NCBI GenBank assembly: GCA_951406725.2
Contig: OX597835.1
Span: 13,268,001 to 13,332,000 of the forward strand
Direction of reading: 5' to 3'
Source of the DNA: Octopus vulgaris
Lineage: Eukaryota
DNA length: 64,000 bases
The notes under the pieces are model-generated. The model was given only the letters and a program-made list of their open reading frames with translations, was not told the DNA's origin and made no database searches. Numbering within the stretch: position 1 is the first letter of the stretch; each line of letters starts with the position of its first letter. This document shows positions 12,864 to 24,238 of the stretch, one piece after another. Both the position numbers and the translations under genes were made by a program.

Positions 12864-12898
<35 letters not shown>

Positions 12899-13100
12899 TT
12901 GTATTGTCCCCCCAACATTGCTTGACAACCGATGGTGGTGTGTTTACGTCCCCATAACTTAGCGGTTCGGCAAAAGAAACTGATAGATTAAGTACTAGGC
13001 TTACAAAGAATAAGTCCTTGGGTTGATTTGTTCGACTAAAGGTGGTGCTCCAGCATGGCCACAGTCACATGACTGAAACAAGTAAAAGAGAGTAAAAGAG
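12700..13100 (+). mobile_element. Full-length family A SINE
   Basis: Head, CORE-like accttgggcaagt, central (TA)n(TG)n, and tail ending (gtaaaaga)n. Confidence 0.92.
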
Positions 13101-13118
13101 TATATATATATATATATA

Positions 13119-13275
13119 ATAGTTATCGCCATACTAATATGGCATTCTTATAAAAATAAGAAAAAAGCTGTCCGCTTATTAGCTCCATGAGGCCATCGCC
13201 TTAAGTATGGCGATAACTATTATTTTCCGGGAACGCTGCCGCTGTTCTCTTTTAGAGAGACTTAGTTATTTTAAT
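13119..13275. mobile_element. Small fold-back element in (TA)n, possibly Penelope-related
   Basis: Inverted repeat tagttatcgccatact (13120-13135) / agtatggcgataacta (13204-13219). Confidence 0.5.
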
Positions 13276-13647
13276 ATTTCTATTATATATATATATATAT
13301 AGATACTTCCAAACAAACATGATTTTTAATGAAATCCTAATATTTTTTATGAACTTTTTAATATTTTCTCAAGATTTTTCCTTGTAAACTGTTTTAATAT
13401 TTTTCTTATTATTATCAAAGAATATATATATTTATTGTAATATTTTGTGACAACCAGTACTTGACACAATAAAGTTTTTACAAAGCTTTTACATTTTACT
13501 TTAGACAATCTTTTTCTAAAAAAAGTGAAATCGGTCAAGTGAAAAAAACACCTTTTAAAATTGCATTTTCAAACCTTCTTTCATATATATTTCCACTTGT
13601 GTGGTATCTTACAACTTTATTTTGTTCTATATATATATATATATATA

Positions 13648-14042
13648 TCTTTATATATAAAACTAAGGTTGTGTGCTGTCTGTCTCCTATGATTTAGATT
13701 CCTAACTACTCCCACATTTTGCAGTGCAGTTTAACCAAAACCAGGTATCTTATAGTCGTGATTCATATCGAGCCCTTCTGGGTATTAGCGTGCGTTTATG
13801 ATGAGTCTACAATTTAAAAAAATTTACCATCAATTTTTCCCATTTTTAATACATTTTTGGCATATATAAGGGAAGTAACTCTTTAAAAATTTATTATTAA
13901 ATCTCAGTACGTAAAAAGCTACAGTAACACCTCTCCCTTTGTGGTTAGCCATATTGAGATGGCTATTATACTTTACATCTCTAAAAATGCTTATATAGTT
14001 ATTTCCCTTACAAACCCGAGCAACGCCGGGCGATACTGCTAG
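13648..14042 (+). mobile_element. Non-autonomous Helitron
   Basis: 5' TCTTTATATATAAAA; 3' hairpin cccgagcaacgccggg followed by cgatactgCTAG; A|T insertion site. Confidence 0.88.
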
Positions 14043-14359
14043 TATATAAATATATCAATCAGCGCCTGATGAATGTTCATATGCCCATGAAGTTACAAGT
14101 ATCATGTATAACACATGTAGTATGAAACATTTAGAGTAATATTAGACTCTCATTGGATGGAGTACTCTTATTGATTTTTACACAATAGAATTTCATATAT
14201 TTTCACCCCCTTACATCGGCTGTCGATTATATATTTATACGTAGCATGACTGGAATGATTGCGGTATAAGGGAGTTGCTCTGAAAAAAATCTAATTAGGC
14301 TTTGCAACAAACATGGATTTATACCAAATTAGCTATTCAACCAAGAATTTACCGATACC

Positions 14360-14588
14360 TATTTCTTTACTACCCACAAGGGGCTAAACACAGAGAGGAC
14401 AAACAAGGACAGACAAACGGATTAAGTCGATTTTTACCGACCTCCAGTGAATAACTGGTACATATTTAATCGACCCCGAAAGGATGAAAGGCAAAGTTAA
14501 CCTTGGCGGAATTTGAACTCAGAACGTAACGGCAGATGAAATACGGCTAAGCATTTCGCCCAGGGTGCTAACGTTTCTGCCAGCTCGC
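14360..14588 (-). mobile_element. Family B SINE (central domain resembles the MetaSINE domain) with 19-bp TSD
   Basis: Contains gcctttcatcctttcggggtcgattaaat on the minus strand. ccaagaatttaccgatacc is duplicated at 14341-14359 and 14589-14607. Confidence 0.9.
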
Positions 14589-14700
14589 CCAAGAATTTAC
14601 CGATACCACCAAAGCATCTTTATCTTGGAAGGCTGCTAGAGAAAGTTAAGGACCTTGTGTAAAGAATACGATGGAAGGCAATATTTTTTGGTTCTGGAGG

Positions 14701-14829
14701 ATCTACAGTGTATAAAGAGAACTATGATTTGAAAGCGAAAAGATACCTTCCCAGTGATTAAGATGGAGTTCCATTTGTATCTGATCTGCTTAATTTAGTT
14801 ATTAGCATTAGATTTTCCAAAAATAATAA

Positions 14830-14864
<35 letters not shown>

Positions 14865-15354
14865 AAGAGTTCAATCAACACCTGATGAACGTACATATGT
14901 ACGTGAAGCTATTAGTAGGACATATGATTGATTGATTCTAGTTTCAGCTCACGAGCTGCGGCCATGCTGGGGCACCACCATTAATGCATATAGTATGCAT
15001 CGGTGTGCAGTCTTTGCCAGGTCAGGCTGGAGACTGATGCAGCCTTCTGGCTTGCCAGCCCTCAGTCAAACCATCCAACCCATACCAGCATGGAAAGCAC
15101 ATGTTAAACAATGATGATGATATATATATATATATATATATACCTGTAAATGTAGTTTGTGACAATTAATCGGTAACCATGATAAACTCCGAGTTTCGGA
15201 TGCCAAGGTGGAAATCCATGCCGCCATCTACAGTGTATAAAGAGAACTATGATTTGAAAGCGAAAAGATACCTTCCCACTGATGAAGATGGAGTTCCATT
15301 CGTATCTGATCTGCTTAATTTAGTTATTAGCATTTGATTTTGCAAAAATAATAA

Positions 15355-15387
<33 letters not shown>

Positions 15388-15749
15388 AAGAGTTCAATCA
15401 ACACCTGATGAACGTACATATGTACGTGAAGCTATTAGTAGGACATATGATTGATTGATTCTAGTTTCAGCTCACGAGCTGCGGCCATGCTGGGGCACCA
15501 CCATTAATGCATATAGTATGCATCGGTGTGCAGTCTTTGCCAGGTCAGGCTGAGACTGATGCAGCCTTCTGGCTTGCCAGCCCTCAGTCAAACCATCCAA
15601 CCCATACCAGCATGGAAAGCACATGTTAAACAATGATGATGATATATATATATATATATATATATACCTGTAAATGTAGTTTGTGACAATTAATCGGTAA
15701 CCATGATAAACTCCGAGTTTCGGATGCCAAGGTGGAAATCCATGCCGCC
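14701..15749. repeat. Near-identical 525-bp tandem duplication
   Basis: 14701-15225 is repeated at 15226-15749, with ATCT microhomology at the junctions. Confidence 0.95.
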
Positions 15750-15885
15750 ATCTCTTCAGTTAGCTGCGAAGTTTTATCATGGCTACCAAATAATTGTCAC
15801 ATATTACATTTACAGATAAATTCCTCTATTTACATAATATCGAGGTCTCTTTCTTTCTTTTGTTGTCTTACCATTTTTATCAATA
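15667..15885 (-). mobile_element. Penelope-like fold-back fragment with degenerate HHR core
   Basis: About 45-bp inverted arms (ctgtaaatgtag...catgataaact / agttttatcatg...acatttacag) enclose minus-strand CTGAAGA gatg...catc c GAAA ctcggagt. Confidence 0.5.
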
Positions 15886-15891
15886 TATATG

Positions 15892-15929
<38 letters not shown>

Positions 15930-16489
15930 TGTTCAGTCTAGTTAAGCAAGCGTGAGCATGTGTGTGTGTGTCACGTGTTGCATTAATACACTTCACAAAA
16001 TACACTCCTTTTAAACCTTAACATAACTTCACATATGACTGATTTCAGACAGCTTAAAGCTTAATTTTCTCATCTAATGGACATTTAGTGCCATTCCATT
16101 CCTATTTTAAAAATTCCATGGCATTCCATTTTTGCTCTTAGCAGACCCAAACCCACCCGCTCGGATACTTCACCTCCCGCTACATCACAAAAATTATTTC
16201 CACCTTCCTAAACTAGAATGTTCAAACCATTAATAATTTTCTCTATTCAGATTTACATACGTACAAATTCAAAGTTGTTCTTTTGTTGTATAAAACACAC
16301 CTTTTATAGCACTAATTATGCCTTCTCCACCCAATGGATGCCAGCCCCAAAAATGGTGCCTGCGACTGTAGAGTTTACAGTCTAATGATGCTGATCATAG
16401 AGGAATCTTCAAAGCCATTGTCAACATCTCCCTTATGAAAATAAATTTAATATCTTACATGTAAATTATGAGAGTTTCTACAATGTGAT

Positions 16490-16524
<35 letters not shown>

Positions 16525-16563
16525 CACACACATATACATATACATTTATACACACACACACAC

Positions 16564-16620
<57 letters not shown>

Positions 16621-16829
16621 ACTTGATACCTCTGTAATTATTTGTATCTAAAGTGTCATCTCTACTTTTGTTGCAGTTGACTATGGGGTTGCAACATCAG
16701 TCATTGGGTATGACTCCTTCATGTATCACCTGGTTAACTATACAGTTGATTAGGCTATAGCCGACACTGCCAGATATTTTGAGCATCTCTGCAGTGATTC
16801 CTGATGGACCAGGGACTAAGATAAGGAGA

Positions 16830-17050
16830 CAACTGCGCTGGTATGGTCATGTGTTGCGAATGAATGAGGACAGTAGTGTGAAGTGTCACACCCTAGCAGT
16901 TGAGGGAACCTGTGGAATAGGTAGACCCAGGAAAACCTAGTACGAGGTGGGGAAGCACGATCTTCAGATATTGGGCCTTTCCGAGGCAATGACTAGTGAC
17001 CAAGACCTTTGGAGATCTGCTGTGCTTGAGAAGACTCGACAAGCCAAGTA
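16830..17050 (+). mobile_element. RTE-clade LINE ORF C-terminal fragment
   Basis: Translates RRQLRWYGHVLRMNEDSSVK...GRPRKT*YEVGKHDL...DLWRSAV, the typical RTE C-terminus. Confidence 0.88.
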
Positions 17051-17399
17051 TGGCTACGGGGTTAGTAAATCTGCCTCCCAACCATGTGATTTCAGGTGCA
17101 TTCCCACTGTGTGGCACCTTGAGCAGATATCTTCTGCTATAGTCTCAAGCCAACCAAAGGGGCTGTTATTATATATGTATATGTGTGTGGCGCCTTTATA
17201 GTAGTAGTAGAAAAAACTAGAGAGAGGACACAGCTCACCTTCGATCAGAAACTGTTTGCATGTTTGCAAGGAGTGACTTTAAGTCAGTATCTTGGGTGGC
17301 TGTCTTTTGGATGCTGTCAATGATTCCTCTGTGTTTTGCACCAGCATCATCTCAGTGGAGGCAATATTCCCATCTGTGTTGGTGCCACTATTTACACAA

Positions 17400-17776
17400 C
17401 AATGGCCCAGTGGTTAGGGCAGCGGTCTCGCGGTCGTAGGATCGCGGTTTCAATTCCCAGACCGGGCGTTGTGAGTGTTTATAGAGCGAAAACACCTAAA
17501 GCTCCACGAGGCTCCGGCAGGTGATGGTGGTGATCCCTGCTGTACTCTTTCGCCACAACTTTCTCTCACTCTTACTTCCTGTTTCTGTTGTACCTGTATT
17601 TCAAAGGGCCGGCCTTGTCACTCTCTGTGTCACGCTGAATATCCCTGAGAACTACATTAAGGGTACACGTGTCTGTGGAGTGCTCAGCCACTTACACGTT
17701 AATTTCACGAGCAGGCTGTTCCGTTGATCGGATCAACCGGAACCCTCGTCGTCGTAACCGACGGAGTGCTTCCATC
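17400..17776 (+). mobile_element. Family D SINE with 11-bp TSD
   Basis: atttacacaac at 17390-17400 and 17777-17787. Confidence 0.92.
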
Positions 17777-17902
17777 ATTTACACAACTAGAAATAAGATG
17801 ATGCTGTAAGCAGATAGCTGAAGATATCAACTCTTAGGTATGAGAGGTCAGATTTGGCTAATTTGGACACAAAACGGAATATTTGGGCCCGATATGGCTG
17901 GT

Positions 17903-18368
17903 TTAACCCCTTCGCATTCAGATTACTCTGTCAAATGAAATTTTTTAAAATTCACATTGCTTTGAATTAGTTAGTTAATTTTTTGGCTCAAAAGCAAAAA
18001 GCAAGGCCATGTAGGGGGACATGGAGTTAAGTACAGGGTGGTGTTCATGTAAAGAGTTCAGGCCACTTGAGGTCAAGGGAGACTTTGAACAAAGCGGTCG
18101 TCGGCATCTTCACCATCTCGTCTGGCAGCTTGTTCCACGGATCCGCAACCCGGACGGAGAAAGCTCCTCTCCTTCGATTGAGATGAAATCATCGCAGGTA
18201 GAGCTTTTCGGAATGACCCTCACAGCTTTGAAATTTTGAGGATTTGAATGTTTATTTCTAAGAATGGTATTGTAGAGTAGGTGTGAGAGGCAGGATCTGG
18301 CCTGTTTGTGCATAAAACAGGTAGAATATTTGGGCTGGCTTATGACCAGTTTAAATGCTAAATAGTTC
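17903..18368. mobile_element. piggyBac-like MITE interrupted by CR1
   Basis: Starts ttaaccccttcgcatt and ends aatgctaaatagtt. A related inverted fragment lies at 36377-36545. Confidence 0.55.
17967..18220 (-). mobile_element. CR1-clade LINE 3' end
   Basis: Minus strand GHSEKLYLR*FHLNRRRGAFSVRVADPWNKLPDEMVKMPTTALFKVSLDLKW, then 3'UTR and (TAAC)n tail. Approximate TSD tcaca(tt)gctttgaa. Confidence 0.88.
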
Positions 18369-18994
18369 AACTATTCAACTATTCAACTATTCAAAATGTA
18401 GCATTGGTGGAATGTAAGTTTAAAAGACTTCCATCTTTAGCACTTGTGATACCAACCCACCTCAAAGTGTTCCTGGTTCTATGATTCCAGCCTCCTCATT
18501 TAAATGAAAACTTTCCATTAAAACTCCACGGTAATTTACGTTCCAAATACCAGCTCAATAATGACAAAAGAAATTTACTAAATAATTCTTTATTTCCAAA
18601 ATTAATTGGCACAAAGGCATTGTGTAGTTTAATTGGAATTTGGAAAGAAAGGGGTCAACTCTTTTGATACCTACCCACCTGAGACCATTCTTGGTTCTAT
18701 GATACAAATTTACTTTTCATATTGATTGAAATTAAAATTTTCCATCAGAATTTATTATTAATTTATGTTCTGAACGCCACATTTGTAATGAAAAAGTTAT
18801 TTTTGCAGAATTCTTCATTATTTCCAAAATTAATTGAAACAAGTCATTGCATTTCAACAGAAATATGGTAACAAAAGGTTTTACGTGATCTAAATTGAAA
18901 CCATCCTTCAAAATTTTATGCTAATTTATGTTCCAATGTTCAGATTGATAATGACAAATTTATTTGGCAAAATTCTTCTTCATTATTCTTTTAA

Positions 18995-19372
18995 TTTTTT
19001 ATTTGTTTCAGTCATTTGACTGCAACCATGCTGGAGCACTGCCTTTAGTCGAGCAAATCAACCCAAGGGCTTATTCTTCGTAAGCCTAGTAGTTATTTTA
19101 TTGGTCTCTCTTGCCAAACTGCTAAGTGACGGGGACATAAACACACCATCATCGGTTGTCAAGCAATGTTGGACGGACAAACACAGACATACAATATATA
19201 TATATATATATATATATATACGACAGGCTTCTTTGAGCTTTCGTCTACCAAATCCACTCACTAGGCTTTGGTTGGCTCGAGGCTAGAGTAGAAGACACCC
19301 AAGGTGCCACGCAGTTGGACTGAACCCGGAATGTGGTTGGTAAGCGAGCTACTTACCACACAGCCACTCCTG
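18995..19372 (-). mobile_element. Family A SINE
   Basis: Both halves present, reverse orientation. Confidence 0.9.
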
Positions 19373-19499
19373 CAAAGGTAGTGTATTTCAACTGAAATAT
19401 GGTAATAAAAGAGTTATGTTCCAAACTCCAGATTAATGACAAATTTATTTTACTAAATTCTTTGTTATTTTCAAAATCAATTGCAACAAAGACATTGTA

Positions 19500-20043
19500 G
19501 AAAATTACTATTTTTTAAAATCTTGCAATGAGAGATATTCATCTATTATATTATTATACTTTGGAGTAAAGATTTTTGCCAACATATCTTGGCAGTCCTG
19601 GTTTAGGACGAATGTGGCTAGGGTTACAGCAACATTCATCCTAAACTAGGACTGCCATGTTATGTTGGCAAACAATCTTTACTCCAAAGTACTGTTGCTG
19701 AATATCTCTTGTTGCGAGATTTTAAAAAAAAAATAGTAATTTTCTAATTTATAGATCAGTGACTAGTTGTCACTTTGAAAACTATATATTTTGAATGGGA
19801 ATTTGGCAGCGCCACCTCTAGCCAAACAGTTATTCTGGGCTGATGAAGGGAAACAACCCGGAAATTACGATACACAGATATTGTTTTGAGCTGAGTTGGG
19901 GTGCTAGATTCCCTTGTTCAAAAATGTAAGGACACAGATCGTGTCGTATAGCTAGCCGGAGACGATGTCTCCTGGGGCTAAATTACAGCAACATCAGTCC
20001 TAAACCAGGACTGTCATGTTATGTTGGTAAATAATCTTTACTC
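19500..20043 (+). mobile_element. Penelope-like element: 250-bp palindrome + HHR motif + direct repeat, 13-bp TSD
   Basis: Palindrome at 19499-19745. CTGATGA a ggg aaacaa ccc g GAAA at 19840-19864. Arm repeated directly at about 19983-20047. caaagacattgta at 19487-19499 and 20044-20056. Confidence 0.7.
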
Positions 20044-20499
20044 CAAAGACATTGTATTTGTCCAAAATTCCGTGTTAATTTATGTTCCAACTACCAAAAT
20101 AATAACGGCAAATTTATTTCATGAATTTTTTCATTATTTTCAAAATAATTTGAAACAAATGCTGTGTATTTCAAGAGAAATCCTGTAACAGAAGGGTTAA
20201 GGTGATCTAAATTGAAACTTCCTTTCAAAGTTTCATGTAAATTTATGTTCCAAACAAGCTGAATAATAATGGCAAATCTATTCATCAAGATTATTCCTAA
20301 TTTTCAAAATTAATTGAAAGAAGCACAGTGCAATTTGACTGAAATATTGTAACAAAAGGGTTTGAGATAAACTTGGTTATCCAACCAATTATAACCTCAT
20401 TATCAATAAATCATCTCATTTAGCTGCACATTCAATTAAGTAATTAGTTACCCTGAATATATTTTATAAAACCGTGTTCCCGTTTAACTTGTATTATGT

Positions 20500-20930
20500 T
20501 AAGAGGTTCACATTGTAGCCAAAGAGTTTTAGGTTCAGTTCCACTGTGTGCTTCTTTGGGCAAATGTTATCCACTTCTTATTCTAACCAATGCCATGTGA
20601 GAAATATTTGGTAGATGGAAACTGTATGGAAGCCCATTATATATTTATGTGGCCGTTGCCAGTGCCACCCTGACTGGCCTCCGTGCCGGTGGCACGTAAA
20701 AAGCACCATCCGATCGTGGCCATTTGCCAGCCTCGTCTGGCACCTGTGCAGGTGGCACATAAAAAGCACCCACTACAGTCTTGGAGTGGTTGGTGTTAGG
20801 AAGTGCATCCAGCTGTAGAAACACTGCCAGATCAGACTGGGCCTGGCGCAGCCTTCTGGCTTCCCAGACCCCAGTTGAACCGTCCAACCCATGCTAGCAT
20901 GGAAAACGGACGTTAAACGATGATGATGAT
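20500..20930 (+). mobile_element. Degenerate family A head followed by family C element
   Basis: ggttcagttccactg...ttgggcaaatg...ggtagatggaaactg, then ggccgttgccagtgcc...gttaaac(gat)n. Confidence 0.8.
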
Positions 20931-21776
20931 ATCTCTGACTTATCTAAAAGTGCATAAATGACTGCCCAACCCATGCCAGTGTGGAAAAGTGGAGGTAAAA
21001 TGGTGATGATGATGATGATGGCGATGATGACAATGATGATGGCAATGGTAACGATGATGATGATGTGTGTCCATGTCTATGTTTATGTCTTGTTAACTTA
21101 GAGGTTTGGCAAATAGTAATTGCTAAAATAAGTAACAAACTTAAGATATCTTCTGATGCTGATAGTGCTCCAGTATGGCCTTGGTCCATTGCTAAAAAAC
21201 CAATAAAAGATTAGATTCAGAATACATTTTACTAATTGCCAGTTGATATCATTGAATATCTCATGGTCGCTATGGTAACTTGATTTAGGTGTAGACTGAC
21301 TATAATGGATATCTCATACACACACAATTGCCTAGACACATTTATTCCTGTTGGGCTTCCTTGTTATCATACTGAAACTGTCAAGGTAGACTTAGGCTAT
21401 TGTTTTTGAGATGTTTTGTGGTTTTACTCTTGAGTAAAAACGTTTTCTTTTTCCTCCTTTTCTTTTTTCCTCTTACATTCTTCCACCACTTGTTAAAAAA
21501 CGGTAAAAGAAACCCCAAAAGAATGGGCAAACCTGCTGTTTACTTCGGTAATCTGATGGGATCTAAGTTGTTTTTGAGTGTTGAATGTGACATTATTTAC
21601 TGACACAGACATCTTCTCGCAGTGAATATGCAACAGTAGAAGAAGAAGAAGATGGTGCTTTTTTTTTCTTGGGTTTTTATTGTTTTTTTTTATTACTAAA
21701 ATTGATTGATTGCAGATTTCTTGGAGAAAATGCTGCTTATGTTGTCAATCTTTCTATAATTCTTCTTATACCTGTG

Positions 21777-21815
<39 letters not shown>

Positions 21816-21829
21816 TATGTATGTATGTA

Positions 21830-21864
<35 letters not shown>

Positions 21865-21931
21865 ATGTATGTATATATATATATATGTGTGTGTATGTAT
21901 GTATATATATATATATATATGTGTGTGTATG

Positions 21932-21962
<31 letters not shown>

Positions 21963-22764
21963 ATGTATATATATATATATATATATATCCGCCAATATAT
22001 GCCGAACCTATGCTAGCATGGAGAACGGACATTAAACAATGATGATGATGAGATATATATATATGTGTGTGTGTGTGTGTATGTGTATGTATATATATAT
22101 GTGTGTATGTGTGTGTATATATATCCATGTGTATATATATATATCCATGTGTATATATATGTGTGTGTGTATTTGGAGTCTTTCTTTTCCTGCCAGTTCT
22201 TCATTGATATTTTTACACAATGAATTTTAATAGTCATTGCCATCCCTTCATTGGGAAGAACCAATCCTCATCGTCTTTAATAGCCAGTGACATTTTCTTT
22301 TTACGGAGATTTCCATTTCGGCATGTCCTTCTTTAAAATGTCCACCGCATCTCAAATTGGAAACCACTTACTTCAGAAAGCTCACTTTCCTCTAATAGTA
22401 CAAATGAATAAAAAAAAAAAATAAAAAAAACATAAACAAAAAAACCCTTTCTAGAAGCTTCTCAGAGAACAAAAATAAAGAAAATTCCTAATTATCAAGA
22501 TTGATGTTGTTATTCTTTTTTACATTTTTTTTTTGTACTTTAAATAAGATTCCAGCCATTGAGAACACGTTAACCAACTTTGACACAGAGATTAACTTGA
22601 AAAATGTAGAGATGAAAAGAAGTTTTCTCGTTAAAACTTTTTTTTGCTATCAGTGTTAAATAGTTGCCTGGGCCAACCAAAAGTACAGTTATCCTGTGAT
22701 GATATCAAATGTAAAAAAAAAAAAATACAAAAAAAAAATCTTAATAATATTGAGTAATAACTAA

Positions 22765-23400
22765 AGTGGTGAGCTGGTGGTATCATTAGTGTGCTGGGAA
22801 AAGTGCTTTTCATGTTTTGAGTTCAAATTCCACTGTGGTTGACTTTGCCTTTCATCTTTCCAGGGTCAAGAGAATAAGAACCTGGTGAACAATGGGATTG
22901 CTGTAATTGACTAGCATCCCGCTTGCAGAATTCCTGGCCTTGTGCCAGAATTTGAAACCATTATCAAAGTTGGGAGCTGGCGGAATCGTCAGCATGCTGC
23001 GCAAAACGTTTTACTGCATTTTGTCCATTTTTATGTTCTGAGTTCAAATTCCGCTGCGGTTGACTTTGCCTGTCTTCGTTTCAGGGCCAATAAAATAAGT
23101 ACCAGTCAGACACTGGGGTCAATGTAATTGACTTAACCCCTGCCTTGAAATTCCTGGCCTTGCGCCAGAATTTGAAACCATTATCAAAGCTGGGAGCTGG
23201 CGGAATCGTCAGCATGCTGCTCAAAATGTTTTGCTACATTTTGTCCATTTTTATGTTCAGAGTTCAAATTCCACTGCTGTTGACTTTACCTGTCTTCATT
23301 TCAGGGCCAATAAAATAAGTACCAGTCAGACACTGGGGTCAATGTAATCGACTTACCCCCTCCCTTGAAATTGCTGGCCTTGTGCCAAAATTTGAAAGCA
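22765..23400 (+). mobile_element. Tandem trimer of a family B variant SINE
   Basis: gagctgg heads at 22771, 22974 and 23194; copies 2 and 3 are near-identical (period 220). Confidence 0.88.
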
Positions 23401-23498
23401 ACAATATTGTGTTTTATTCAAAAACCCACTAAAACAAACTTAATTTCTCAGAGTTTTAATTTGTTTTAATTTGTTTTTCATTTTCTTTCCTGTTTTAG

Positions 23499-23583
23499 AT
23501 TCGAGTTAATTTCAAATTCCTATTAAACCAAATGAGAAATTCAACACGAGTTACTTCTGGTTTTGAATAATTAATTAACGAAG
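23499..23583 (+). other. Candidate 85-nt non-coding exon
   Basis: Acceptor ttgtttttcattttctttcctgttttAG| and donor AAG|GTAAGA; stops in all three frames. Confidence 0.35.
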
Positions 23584-23745
23584 GTAAGAAGTTTCAAATG
23601 ATCTAAAATAGAAAGTTCTCTACATTTTTAATTTTATTCAGTAATTTGAAAAAAGAAATTTTTTCCCTAAATTTCAAATTGAAATTTAAAATTTTGAATT
23701 TGAATTTTTTCCAGTTTTGTAATCTTAATTATAATTAAATCATTG

Positions 23746-23931
23746 CAGTTCTATATTTAAGAGATGAGGAATTATGTACAGTATTTACATTATTTACATT
23801 TGATGGATATTTGTCCTCATCTTGTTTGTTGTTAACTCAACATTTCGGCTGATATACCCTCCAGCCTTCATTAGGTGTCTTGGGGAAATTTCGAACCTGG
23901 GTTCTCATTCCTAAAGTATTTTTCTATGTTG

Positions 23932-23977
<46 letters not shown>

Positions 23978-24033
23978 TATTCAGGTCACTGTTTGGAATC
24001 AAACTCGGAATCTTGGGGTTAAGAGCGTAGTGA

Positions 24034-24084
<51 letters not shown>

Positions 24085-24238
24085 CAACATCGAAAAATAC
24101 CTTAGGAATGAGAACCCAGGTTTGAAATTTTCCCAAGACACCTGATGATGGCTGGAGGATATATCAGTCGAAATGTTGTGTTAACAACAAACAAGCTGAG
24201 GAACAAATATCCATCAAATGTAAATAATGTAAATAATG
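23746..24238. mobile_element. Penelope-like inverted-repeat element with two HHR copies and 12-bp TSD
   Basis: About 200-bp inverted arms containing (ATT)n/(AAT)n. attaaatcattg at 23734-23745 and 24239-24250. Confidence 0.8.
24138..24181 (+). ncRNA. Minimal type I hammerhead ribozyme motif
   Basis: acac CTGATGA t ggctg gaggatatat cagtc GAAA tg T T gtgt: stem I acac/gtgt, stem II ggctg/cagtc. Confidence 0.65.

Larger units (their letters stand above)
18440..20365. repeat. Tandem array of a piggyBac-like MITE and its 3' halves
   Basis: Repeated taatttatgttccaaa...aatgacaaa...ttcaaaattaattgaaacaaag...aaatatggtaacaaaaggg units, homologous to the reverse complement of 54447-54667. Confidence 0.75.

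Noticed and set aside
14065-14135. CTGATGA...GAAAC hammerhead-like motif (similar CTGATGA at 14882 and 15406)
   Set aside because: Stems I and III could not be paired convincingly; at best a decayed PLE remnant.
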